Source of the DNA: Trichoplax adhaerens
Lineage: Eukaryota > Animalia > Placozoa
Direction of reading: 5' to 3'
Length of the DNA: 64,000 nt
NCBI RefSeq assembly: GCF_000150275.1
Contig: NW_002060945.1
Coordinates: 2,503,172-2,567,171 of the forward strand
Below the pieces are notes generated by a model. The model saw nothing but the letters and a program-made list of their open reading frames with translations. It did no database searches and was not told where the DNA came from. The position numbers were made by a program, and so were the translations under genes. Positions 42,269 to 54,365 of the stretch are shown here, in pieces. Position 1 is the first letter of the stretch; every line of letters starts with the position of its first letter.

Positions 42269-45200
42269 ATGGCTAAAATCAACTCATCTCGGAAATTTTT
42301 ATTTAATCTTACCCTAATCAATGTGAGTATTCATCTTGATAAATAGCACGGTATATAATAATAAGTTAAGAAACTATATAAAAAGTAACAATCTAAGTTC
42401 AATTACTGTTTGTGCAATAAAGCCTTCGTTACGATTCACAGAGAATGTCGTTAATTGAATTGTTTCAAACATTCTTTCGTACCTTACTTGTAACTGTATT
42501 ACTTAATTTTGTTCTAAGTCATGCCAGGCAATACTTTATCTTATGGATTTAGTAAATGATCGTTTAGTATTTCTGTTAATTTATTAAATTTAAGACAGAG
42601 TGCCATACTTTTTTAAATCATAGTAACACAAATAAATTTGATTTTCCGATTCTCTCTTAGATGGTCTTAATGGCTACCAGACCGCAAGTAAATGCTACCG
42701 GTTAAGCTATAGTAATTCAAATCACTAAATTACATATTGTTACAACAATGCAGGAATTTAAGCGACTTTTCAGCTATAAACGGTTTGCTTATCAATCTAA
42801 TGTTATCAGTAAAGGACTTACAATATTTTTAATACCCCATAGATCCTTGTATAGATTATACCGTAATATCAGACAAAAGTCGATCAATATTCGAGAATTT
42901 AGGCACTATTGGATGTGATAGGAACTTGACAAATTCTTGGTATCGATTTGATGGAGGCCAAAATAGTCAGATGATGCAAACCACTTGTATTGAACAAATC
43001 CCAAAATGTGGAACCCTCGGCCCTGGTTGGATGATAGGCAAACATCCTACAGGTAAGTATTATCATATTTGGTAGGACTTACGTTATGTAGATTATATCT
43101 ATCAGTGCCTTTTCTCTTGTAATATACTGTAGCTTCATGAAGCCATAATGATGACTGTATTGGCAATTGCTGTATAAATCTTATATTTAAATGGGTTTGA
43201 AGAAATGAGAACATTGTAAACATTTAGTTCTTGTAGTTTTGAAAATATCGGAAGCACAACGTGTTGATAACGATTTTGAAACTTTCTTACAAAACTTATC
43301 TTCTTCTTAAAATCAATTGATTTTTAGTTGGTGATCGAGTCGTCAACAGAACAGTTTGTTTTTATAGCTATGATGATTGTTGCTTTGGAAGATTAAGTAT
43401 TCAAGTTCAAAATTGTCGACAATTTTTCGTCTATCGCCTGCCCTCAACCATTAATTTGTTAGTTTGTGCTGGCTATTGCACGACTAAAAAGGGTAATTAG
43501 ACAAGCTTCATGAATATGAAATATAGAATAATAACGATAGCTGAAATTCTGCTTTCAGAGACCTAAAATTCTAATTTATCATTAGTATAAGTAATAATTT
43601 AGATATTACTTTAATATTTGATATTATCAGATCCTTGTAATCCCAATCCATGTGTAAATGACGGCGAATGTAGAAAAGCGAACGGAGCATATCAATGCAA
43701 ATGCCAGCATGATTTTACAGGAAAAAATTGCGAAAATAGTTAGTATAGCAAGTTGAAACATTTCAATAGTAGTATAGTTAAAACTTAAATAATATTGCAA
43801 GTAGATGAAAAAGAAATATATAACCTTACGATGACTAAATTTTAGATGTAAATCCATGTAAAGCTAATCCTTGCCGCTATGGTAATTGCTCAGTAGCTGG
43901 AAACGATTACAAGTGTACATGTTTTTCTGGATATACAGGAGAAAACTGCGATCAGGGTCAGGCTCCGTTTCAATAATTCTCATGATATTGCCTCAGATGC
44001 CAGAGTATATAATTTTAGTATGAAGACAAAAAGAGTTCTACAATCTCCATTCTTTCAGTTTACTACAAAGTTTAAAATCACGCAATATAGGATAGATTAT
44101 AACTGATATGGACCAACATTGTTTCTTTGGTAAAAAAAGATATTAATAAGGTTTACTTCTATTAGGATGTGTTTATTTCGCTTCTCAGTTTGTACTATGC
44201 ACCGCCATTATCACTTGATATATCACTAGATATAAGAACTTACAACTCTAAGTAGTAATATTCAGAATTCGATCACTGTCTTAAAGTACATTTCTCCTTT
44301 TAATGTGTATGTAACTTTGATCAGTATTATTAACTTAGTATTCTATCTTTTTGACGTCTTAGATATCGATGAGTGTACGACGAAACTTCATGACTGCCAA
44401 GAAATTTGTGGGAATACTCGTGGTAGCTATCGTTGTTCATGCCGCAGAGGAAATATTTTATTATCAGATCAGATATCTTGTTTCAGTAAGTGTATCTATT
44501 TGTATTGCTATAATAATCAAAGCGATATTAAGAAGTCAAAATCCTTTACAAAGGTTATTTGCAGATAGAATTGAAAGTCATGTAATGTAGTTTAAGACAA
44601 TTATTTACCAAAGACCATTCTGCTATGATCGCTAGATCCTTGCAGAAGTGCAATTCATCTAACAGATACTTCAAGATCAATCTATGCCTCGACTTATCGC
44701 CTTACATGTGATCAATCTTTTCTTAATGGGTCTTGGTATCGCTTTAATGGTGGTCCAAAAAGCCAAATGATGTTGACTAGTCGAGTGAGCATGGTTAATT
44801 GCGGAACGGTATCGCCGGGGTGGCTAGTAGATAATCATCCAACTAGTAGGTTTATATCCATTAAATGCATTGCTTGAGTTTTATTAATCATTTCAAGCTG
44901 TAACAATATTGTTAGCGCTGCATATTAATTTTTACATTTCTTGATAATAGTGCAGGAAGGTATCATTTCAGCGCGTGTCTGCTTCATTTGGGGCATCAAT
45001 ACCTGCAAATGGAATCAAACTATTCATATTAGAAATTGTGGCTCTCATTTTGTTTATAAATTACCGCCACCATCGACTTGCTACTTACGTTATTGTAGTG
45101 ATAAGCGCAGTAAGTGCTATATTCTTACGTTCTATATTCCCTTTTGCTGTCATGACTTTATCATCAACCTTTTAACTGAGTCTATTTTATCATAATTCAT

Positions 45201-48200
45201 TGTAAGATTAGCTATAACTGTCATTGCAGCCACGATTTCAAAAGTTATTGATTTTGTTCCGGTAGTTTCAACTTGGTTTCTGTCATTGTTTGTGATATAT
45301 TGTAGCCAATATATTGGATAGTTTTAATGGCTTATTACTAAACAATAATATTTTACTGGTACGACAGTCATCCTTTAATGTGATAGAGTATTTTTATCAT
45401 AAATTATTGTTTTATTGTACGCAAACTTAAGATAGGTACGGTATTAAAAATTGTTCTTGTAATAATAGTTAAGCTATTAATGATCTTATGTTAGCTTTCT
45501 TCTCTCTTCATTCAAGCTTATTGCGATCCTGATCCTTGTGTTAATGGTACTTGCCAGACTACTGATGTTGGATTTCGCTGTCACTGTCAACAAGGATATC
45601 GAGGGATGTTATGCCAGCATGGTAATAAGAATTTCAGTTATATTCATGAGCTGTTGTATGGTACTAGTCATAAAATCCGTCCCTCTACTGACGGTTAACG
45701 TCTGTAGAATTTAGTTTCGTAAGCTATAGAAAACGATATAACTAATGCATAGATATTTTAACCGTAACATGGAAAAAAACAGATTATAATTATAAATTCA
45801 AAGGCTTGATGGTACGATATTGCATGAGTACTTTATTCGATGTAAAATGAAGATAAACAGGTCTCATTGCTAGCGCATATAATTAAAATATACTAATCCA
45901 ACTAATAGAAATTGATGAATGTGCTTCCAACCCTTGTCAACATGGTCGTTGTATCAACACAGACGGCAGCTATCGTTGTGAGTGCCACATAGGATTTACT
46001 GGTCAAAATTGCGATACAGGTGGGATATATGTTGATCTCTTCTTTCTTAATCTAATTAATTTTTAATTCAACGCTGTAACAAAGCCGACGGTTCTTTTAC
46101 GAAATTAACATCACCACTCGGATTGATTTGAAAGCTTGCGTAAAAAGAAAATAGTTGCATTTAACTGGTTAAGTATTTTATATATTCGCAGATATTAATG
46201 AATGTGACTATGCCAATGGTAACTGCTCCCAAAATTGCATTAACTTACCAGGAAGTTATCACTGTCAGTGTCGATTAGGTTTTATACTTGAGCCAAATGG
46301 TCGAGAGTGTATAGGTAAATGGTTTCTTCTAACTGCTAAAGATACTATAAGATCGGCATATTTCGTTCATAATTTACGTTTTCATCACGGTTTTAGCCTA
46401 ACACTATTTTTCCGATTAGCTCGAACGTAGTACGCTGTGCTAAAATTAAAAGTACCTAAAAGGATCGAAGAATTGGATGCTTTATATTCCATTCAAATGC
46501 TTAATTACCTCAAAATATCATTCTGATAGTCTATCCTAATAGAATAGTAATTTCGAAGCATGCTACTCGTTTACGGCAATAAGTTACGATTTATCATACC
46601 TTAATATTGAAGTAGTTCTGCAGCTGTGAATTATATAATTTTACCATTTAGTTTTGATGGTCTATTCCATTCTTGAGAAAAGAAAATATTCAGATTTATC
46701 GTGTAGCAAATGTTGTTGAAGGGATTTCTTATATTTTTAGTATTATAATTGTACATGCAAATGCTATAACTAAATTGTAAGAAATAGATTTCGATTGACT
46801 TACGTGGTTTCACTGTAACGGTTATTCATAATTTTACTTTTTACCCAAATCCCATTATTTTCATTTTCATTATGACATAGACCCGTGCATGAACTTCTTT
46901 TGGTTAAGAAATACTTCAAGATGGCTATCTAATCGTAATGCAGATCCACTCTATTGCGATAAACATACTTTAAAAGCAAACTGGTATCGTATTAGTAGTA
47001 CTTCTAAAGATATGATGTTGCCCAATCAATGTACTCCAGTTTTGCGATGCCAAACTCTCTCTACTGGTTGGCTCAACGGCACCCATCCAAGAGGTATTGC
47101 CTTTTATCGAGAAAGGAATAGAAATATAGCCGTATAATAATATTAAAATAGATAATCATATGTAATAGTTATTGACTAAACTATCATTTCTTTTTGAATT
47201 ATTCGATGGTTACCGATACTGAATAATTAGTTCGCGATGGTGTAGTAAATAAAACAGTTTGTTTTAATTATAATGGAAATTGTTGCTACATGTCTAATAC
47301 AATTATGGTCAAAAATTGTATTAGTTACTTTGTCTACTACCTAACGCCGACCATGACATGTAGTCCTGAAACAAGATACTGTACTACCGATTTCGGTAAG
47401 TAAATCTCTATGCTATATAGTTTCTTTAGCTACCTTCTTGCCAATTTTCTCATTTTATTTCGTTTCCGTGGTTCATATTTATGTGATCCTGACTTCATGA
47501 TTATGATTTATGTATCACTGACTATATTGGCTATAGAATTTGTTGTTTAATTCCCATCAACTGAGAAGTTTATCCTATATTAACAGACGTATGTGATCCT
47601 AATCCTTGCTTTCATGGAGACTGCGTGAATGTTCGATCAGATCAGTATAGATGTCGTTGTAAATCTGGCTTTACTGGAAAACATTGCGAAACAGGTACGG
47701 TAATCAGCAGTGAATGATAAAATTTAAATAATTAATAATATACAAGCATGATAGAGTTAAAATTAGCGAATCACTTCTTTATTTAATTACTTCATCATTT
47801 CCTACGATGATATTCATGTATCACATTTTTTTGTGACTACTGATTCTTCGTACTATATAGGAAAAGTGCTATCCAAGCATTTTATTCCTTGAAATTTAAA
47901 ATGATTTTAGATAGATTTGCAAATCTTGATATAGTGCCAATAATAAAAGAAACTAATACGAATAGCAGCGATTTGATTCCTATTAAATCAATTTTCTTCA
48001 TATCTCTCCACCTGTAGCTATCAATGAATGTTCCTCTAATCCATGCGTTAGAGGTCGATGCGTAGATAGTATAGGAAAATATCGTTGTATTTGTGATACT
48101 GGAATGACAGGAGTCCACTGTGATCAAGGTAGAGATGCAATTACTATAAAAAACTTCAATAAAATAGAAAATTAGATTTAGACATTTAGTAACACTATTA

Positions 48201-51019
48201 ATTACGTTGATAAGATATGCTGATGAAGCGCTAAGGTAGCCTAATCAATGTAATCAATGCAATCAATGCAAGTAATGAAGTAAAATGTAGATGAGTAAGC
48301 AATAATGATACTTTCTTTATGATTTTTCTAGATGTTAATGAATGCTTGTTAAGCAATGGCGGCTGCGATGGAGCTTGTCATAACCAATATGCAAGCTATT
48401 ATTGCTCTTGTCCAGTGCATCAAGATTTAGATTCGGATAATCGTACTTGTATAGGTTATAATATAATCTTGAAAAATTTTAATCTAGGAATTCGAATGTA
48501 TATATGCATAGATAATGTTTGCAGTAGTATCCTATTTTATCCGGATGTTAATAATCAAAATATTTATTATTATGCTAAAAGATCCCTGTAATACCCAGAC
48601 TTCTTCGTTAGTGGATTCTATTAGTGAAAAAATGACGATTTTTCTGAGTTACTCCATTGTCAGCAAATGTCAAAAAGTTAGCTTACTCGCAAAATCTCCA
48701 AAGAAATGGTATCGTGCTAGTCTAGCTTCAAATTGCTCGGCAATCGCCAGATGGACCGGCCATGATCAGGGTAATCCTAGATTAGCATCATAGAAACGTT
48801 ATACGTGACGTTCCTTTATCGTAAGACATCGTAGCTTATTTATAAGTTGTTCGAGCCGTTGTTTGTATTATTCTGTATGTGATTCGAAATGCTAAACCGT
48901 GTTATAATGGCCTAGAAACAATACTACAATTAATCAAAGGCATCTATATTTGAATCACAAAATTATATATATTCTGTCGAAAGCAATGACTGCTTTAAAT
49001 GTTGTTCCGATCACCTTTACCATTTTACAATAATAATCGAAAATAATTCCAATTGTGAGACCGTATTATAAGTCAAAATCGACGGTAATGTTCATTTATA
49101 ATTAAATGCAAGTATAAACGTCTGATATTGCACTAAAATGATTGCTTCCACGTCAACTATGGTGATTTATTATTTTATTCCTACAATTCTTAAGTTAACT
49201 CTAATCATTAAACTACGTTGTGATAGAAAAAGTTACCATTAATGGGTATACTTAATTCAAATAGGTGACGAGTACTTACAAATTGCTAAACGCAACGCCT
49301 GCTTTCATTTTGGGTTGCAACATTGTGCTATGACACTTCCTGTACGAGTTAAACATTGCCGTGGATATTATATGTATAAGATCGATAGACTATCTGCATG
49401 CTATCTGAATTTTTGTAGCCGAATACAAGGTAAAAGAATGTCTTTCATTGAAATTATAGCAGAATCGTCATTATTGGACATTAGAAAATAAATTGCATTA
49501 TACTAGATAACTGTGATTCAAGTCCCTGTCAGAATGGTGTTTGCGTGTCAACACAAAACGGCTACGAATGTCGATGTAAACCCGGTTATCATGGAGTTCA
49601 TTGTGAAGTTGGTAAGAAATTCCCATGCGAAGGATATAGCAGTCAGTACTACTTGCATTTTGTAAATCGAGTCTTTATAAGTCAAAATTAGTTGTTTCAC
49701 GCTTTTACGTATATGTCTATGATATTTTACTTACAAGTTCAAATTTATAATTATAAATTTTATAACTTAACGTCCTTTAAGCATTAAGCTAGATTTTAGG
49801 CTAGCAAATTAGCCGCATTATGTATATCTGTATGACAGTATTCTTGCATATTTACGTCATTTATGTTCATCTTTATGATGTTATACTTACAAATTTGTAT
49901 CTCAAGAAAGCCATAGATTGCTAATTTAAATCTTTATTAGTCATAGTGCGAGTTACATATGCGAATAAGTTTCATTTGTATATTGGTAGCACTGCATTTA
50001 TGTAATCATATTGTCATTCTCGTAGACGTTTGCAGTTTAAATCCTTGTTATAATGGCCGATGTACTGTAACGGAATCTGGGAATTACAACTGCATATGTC
50101 GCGAAGGTTATTCTGGTAAACAATGTGAAACAGGTACATCAATGGATGCAATATATGTATAAATATCTTCCCGCCGTAAACATAAATTAGATTAATTGCA
50201 AACTGCCAAGCTTCGGCTAGGCTATTTCATGTTAGTAACCAATGTAAATTTTTCCATTCTGCTGTAGCCATATGCTATACTAAACCAAGGTCGTGCCTAG
50301 ATCTCATTAAAAGGCAAAAATCGTATTTACCTAGCGGGTATTATCAAATTTACGATAAAAATGGCTGCCAACAGGGCCATATGACAGCTCAAGGATTATT
50401 AGTATACTGTGATTTTGAATCAGAACCAGGCTATGCTTGGACATTAATAGAATCTTTCTCCCGTTTCAACGCTCAAATAAGTCAAATTAATAAAGGATTT
50501 GCGTATAGTGACGGCTTCAACTCTGATTCACCACGTTATCGTTGGCAGGGCTACCGTATGACCTTAGATCAAATGTGGCAGTTATACCAGGTTAATAGAC
50601 GATTAACAGTAAAACCAATGTGGCGAGCAACCTGTAATTTTAATCCTAATGACGATCGGAATCATTACCCTAAAACGGATTATCTTCGTGGTTTATTTGA
50701 TATCCTAAATATATTAAAATATAACAGCCTTGGCGATTGCTACTTAGTAGATTCAGTTAATATTCGTAGTTTTGGTTGTCGGCAATGTATGGTTCCATTT
50801 TGGTCTAGCAACGATGTTCACCTTCATATTGATTCATCTCGTCAGTGCTGTACTCGCCATTTCTATGATAGCGTGGAAAGTGAAGATAATTTTGGCTACT
50901 ACCATCCTTATAGCACAGCATTTAGTTGTACAGCTACTTTTAACAGTACAACCAATTGGTGGATTGGTGGAAAGATACATGATAATGACGATCTGGCTAG
51001 TAGGCCAACTATTCTTTAA
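42269..51019 (+). CDS. Secreted mosaic protein: signal peptide, 3x[UMOD/GP2/OIT3-type D8C(D10C) + EGF + EGF + cbEGF], divergent D8C, 2 EGF, C-terminal fibrinogen-related domain (paralogue 1)
   Basis: Tentative leader exons 42269-42322, 42519-42551, 42661-42700. D8C exon pairs at ~42843/43328, ~44636/44951, ~46881/47231 (DPC..CD..WYRF..CGT..PGW..HP | VCF..C..I.V.NC..FVY.LP..C..YC). Phase-1 EGF exons. Final exon 50268-51019: [40 protein letters not shown], stop at 51019. Confidence 0.88.
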
Positions 51020-51380
51020 CATCATAACCTTCCACAGAACCATAAGATTCTTCATGATATTTATAAAGACTAAGAAATACATAAATTATGTAATCATCTA
51101 ATAGCTATGTAGCTCTACAATCTATAGAGTTGGTAGATCATGCTACCGCACTTAAATGAAAATTTGTTACCCCGTACTGTATCTTCAATATTATAGCAAT
51201 AAATAGAACTGTGATGGATTTCACTTTAATAGATGGTATAAGACATTATCACAATGAAAGTATTTTTACAAACACTTTTGAATAAAATAGTGTGTTTGGT
51301 ACAACGTTGTTACTTTGAATCTTAAATATTATAATAAACATGTCTTTGATTATGAATAAGTAATTTGACTTTACGCCTAT

Positions 51381-51673
51381 TGTCACACACCACTAGTGAC
51401 ACAGTAGTCTACACACGCCATTCCTTGCGGAGAACGCCACTTACTAACTTAAAGAGGCGAGATTAGCTATATCACCAAATAATTCAGTTCCAACGACCGA
51501 ATACTATGGTATAATTATAGCGTCACAGATAGTGTAGACGAGAAAGTCAGAGATTTACTATCATTTAATACTGAAGAAATCTCGGCACCCAAGATTATAG
51601 TCTTTACAATTAAATATCAATTGAAAAACTAGTTGACTATCTAACCGACTAACTAACTAAAAAGGAATCTTCA
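51381..51673 (-). mobile_element. U3-truncated solo LTR (293 bp) of the same family, 5-bp TSD CCTAT
   Basis: Matches 35678-35969 with few differences; ends TGT...TCA; cctat at 51376-51380 and 51674-51678. Confidence 0.85.
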
Positions 51674-52139
51674 CCTATGTATAACCTTCAATGATTGTTC
51701 TTGCTTTCTCAAGTTATGGCACCCTGTACGAATTACGCGCAATATTTATGAAAGAGACGTGAAAAATAAAATTTCATCTACTACTTGTAGCACATGTTAA
51801 TTAAGATATTGCTATCGTACATCAATGGGAAAATAGAATGAAATAATTGAATATTTAATTAAGCCAAGAGTATCTTCTAAGGCTTTAGTTTATAAATTTT
51901 TCATAATAATAAAGGATCATTTCAAGTGGATTAATGCAATGACAGGTAAACGAAAGATATCGCCGTGCATAATAAGCTTGCGTTTAATACATCGTCATGA
52001 TTCAGTTAATTACAGTAGTAACAGGAAGTGCGGTAGCACCAGTTGCATCACTGTAGTGTATTTAGATTTCACTGCAATCTTTAACATCTCTACCATCCCT
52101 ACACATTAAAAAGGCACTATAGCCTTACATACCTATAGC

Positions 52140-54140
52140 TAATTTAGATTGCTATAACAAATTAAGAGTCTTGATTTTTGTTATTATTAGCACAGTGAGC
52201 TTTGTCTTATCGATTTATTTTGATTAATTTGTTTTAGTAAAAGGGGAAAATATAAATTATTCCCTAATAGCGTAAACAACAATCGCACAGTTTTGAATTG
52301 ATATTACTGCTGCTATTCAAGCTATTTATAAATGATTTTTTTCTTGCACAGGCATTCCGAGTAAACAAATGTAGTTTTCACAGCCAGAAACATTGATAGG
52401 CTACCGGCTTTTCTATAAGTAATTAACCTATTATTGCAATTGCTATTTATGATATATAGCTTGAATGATACAACTATGAAAGTTAACAGCAATGTTTATC
52501 CTATTCGCGCAACAGCCTATTGTCGTTTCAGTATCAGTCGCTTTAGGATTTTAGTAATTATTTTGTAGTTAAGAGTTAAGTGTGTAGCCTTTAGTACTGT
52601 AGTCAAGATTGGTGTTCAATTTAGCGGCAGGAGTAACTGCAAGTATCGCTTCTCAAAATGTTAACTATCAAATTCCAAATTCTGATGGTAAAGATAAGGA
52701 TATTAAGATAAAAATTGTCCAAACAAATACTTAACCCACTAAATAAAACTCTAATTCTTATATTCTATGGCAAAGAGTATTATCTATTTCCTTAATATAT
52801 TCATCCAAAAATAATATAAAATAATTAGATACGAGCTAATTTTAGTCAATTTTTTTCATACCATTTTCTGAAGAAACGTATGCATTTTTTCTCGTTGGTA
52901 TATAATTTGCCATTATACACAAGGCCAATTTGCTTAATTTAGATGCTCGACAGAAAAAATTGTAATAACTAGTCTATTATACTGCTGTAAAGTAATATTA
53001 ATTAATATCGTAATGTGAGTTATTTATTATAAATATCCCCTTTAACAAAAAATTGTGGAATCAGTCAATGCTGTACATTAGATCCCGACAGTATTCATTC
53101 GGCATTAAATCGAGATTTATGATTAATATAAACTACATAAGCCGATCAAATATCAAAATAAACACGTTGATACAAAGTTGAAGTTGAAGTAGAACGGTAA
53201 GAATATAATAATTCACAGTTACCTTATATATTTGCATTAGTGTTATGAATTTGAAAGGTACAGTTTTCTAGGCTTAATTATATTGTTGAATTTATTTTAA
53301 ATTTGATGCATCGGTTTCTTATTTTATACTAAATAAGTATTTGGATTTAGAATATTTCCATCCTAGGCGAAATCGTAATTTTTACTGAATAGAATATTTT
53401 ATTTTTAATTGCTATACCGAATTAAGAGTCTTGATTCCTGTTATTCGTGACACAGTGAGTCTTAGCAATTTATTTAAATTAACTTTTCTAGTAAAAAAGG
53501 GAAAAATATAAAGAGTTATTAGTAAATAACTTAAACAACAACCATATCGGGTTGAATAGATTCTTTTAAATAAATATTACTGTAGAAAGCCAAGTTATTT
53601 ATGAATGATTCTCCTCTCTTGCACGAGCATTCCTAGTAAGTGAAATTTGCTCGGTATTAATCCGATAGCAAATAAAAATAAAAAAATAGCTTGCATATCC
53701 ATGACGTATAGTTTATACGAGTATAATCAGAGGCGTTGATAGACCATACTGGCCCTTTTACGAGCAATCTAATTATTATACTTACTATCTATGATGTCTT
53801 ATTTAAATAAACAATAAAATTATTCGAAAGTAAAGAACCATGCTTGTAATATTCGCGCAACGACCTTTGAGCTGCCGATTCCTTTCGTACCTATTGCTAT
53901 GTTATATATATATATGCTTTAAACTGTTCTGAACTACCGATTCTTTACGCGATCGACCGTAGATATTCTTTCATTTTGCTTTAAAAATTTTTGAATAGTT
54001 TTGTTATCGAGAGCTCATTGTGTTAATATTAGTAAGTATTACAGCCTAATTTGGTAACAGATGTAACTGGAAATATCGCATCTCAAAATGCTGATTGTAA
54101 TCAAATTTCGATTTCTAATAGTAAGGACAAGTATAATACT
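52140..54140. repeat. Old ~1.3-1.4 kb tandem duplication upstream of paralogue 2
   Basis: Blocks attgctata..aattaagagtcttgatt..cttgcac..gcattcc.agtaa at ~52148-52363 and ~53408-53640; tattcgcgcaac at ~52502 and ~53850; gtaactg..a.tatcgc.tctcaaaatg at ~52633 and ~54063. Confidence 0.7.
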
Positions 54141-54365
54141 AAAATTAAATATTCGCCAATAAATACTGAATGTGCTAAATATGATATAGAGGTTATTTTT
54201 TTCTTATGATTTAATGTATGAAATTTGTTTGCGAATTTGATAGCATTGCAAATAATTAATATTATAGTCGATCTTATTTTATATTCACTAAACGACGTTT
54301 TCAAATATCAGCTTTAATTTATACAGGATTAATAAAAATTGATATATGTCATATTTTACTCTGTC

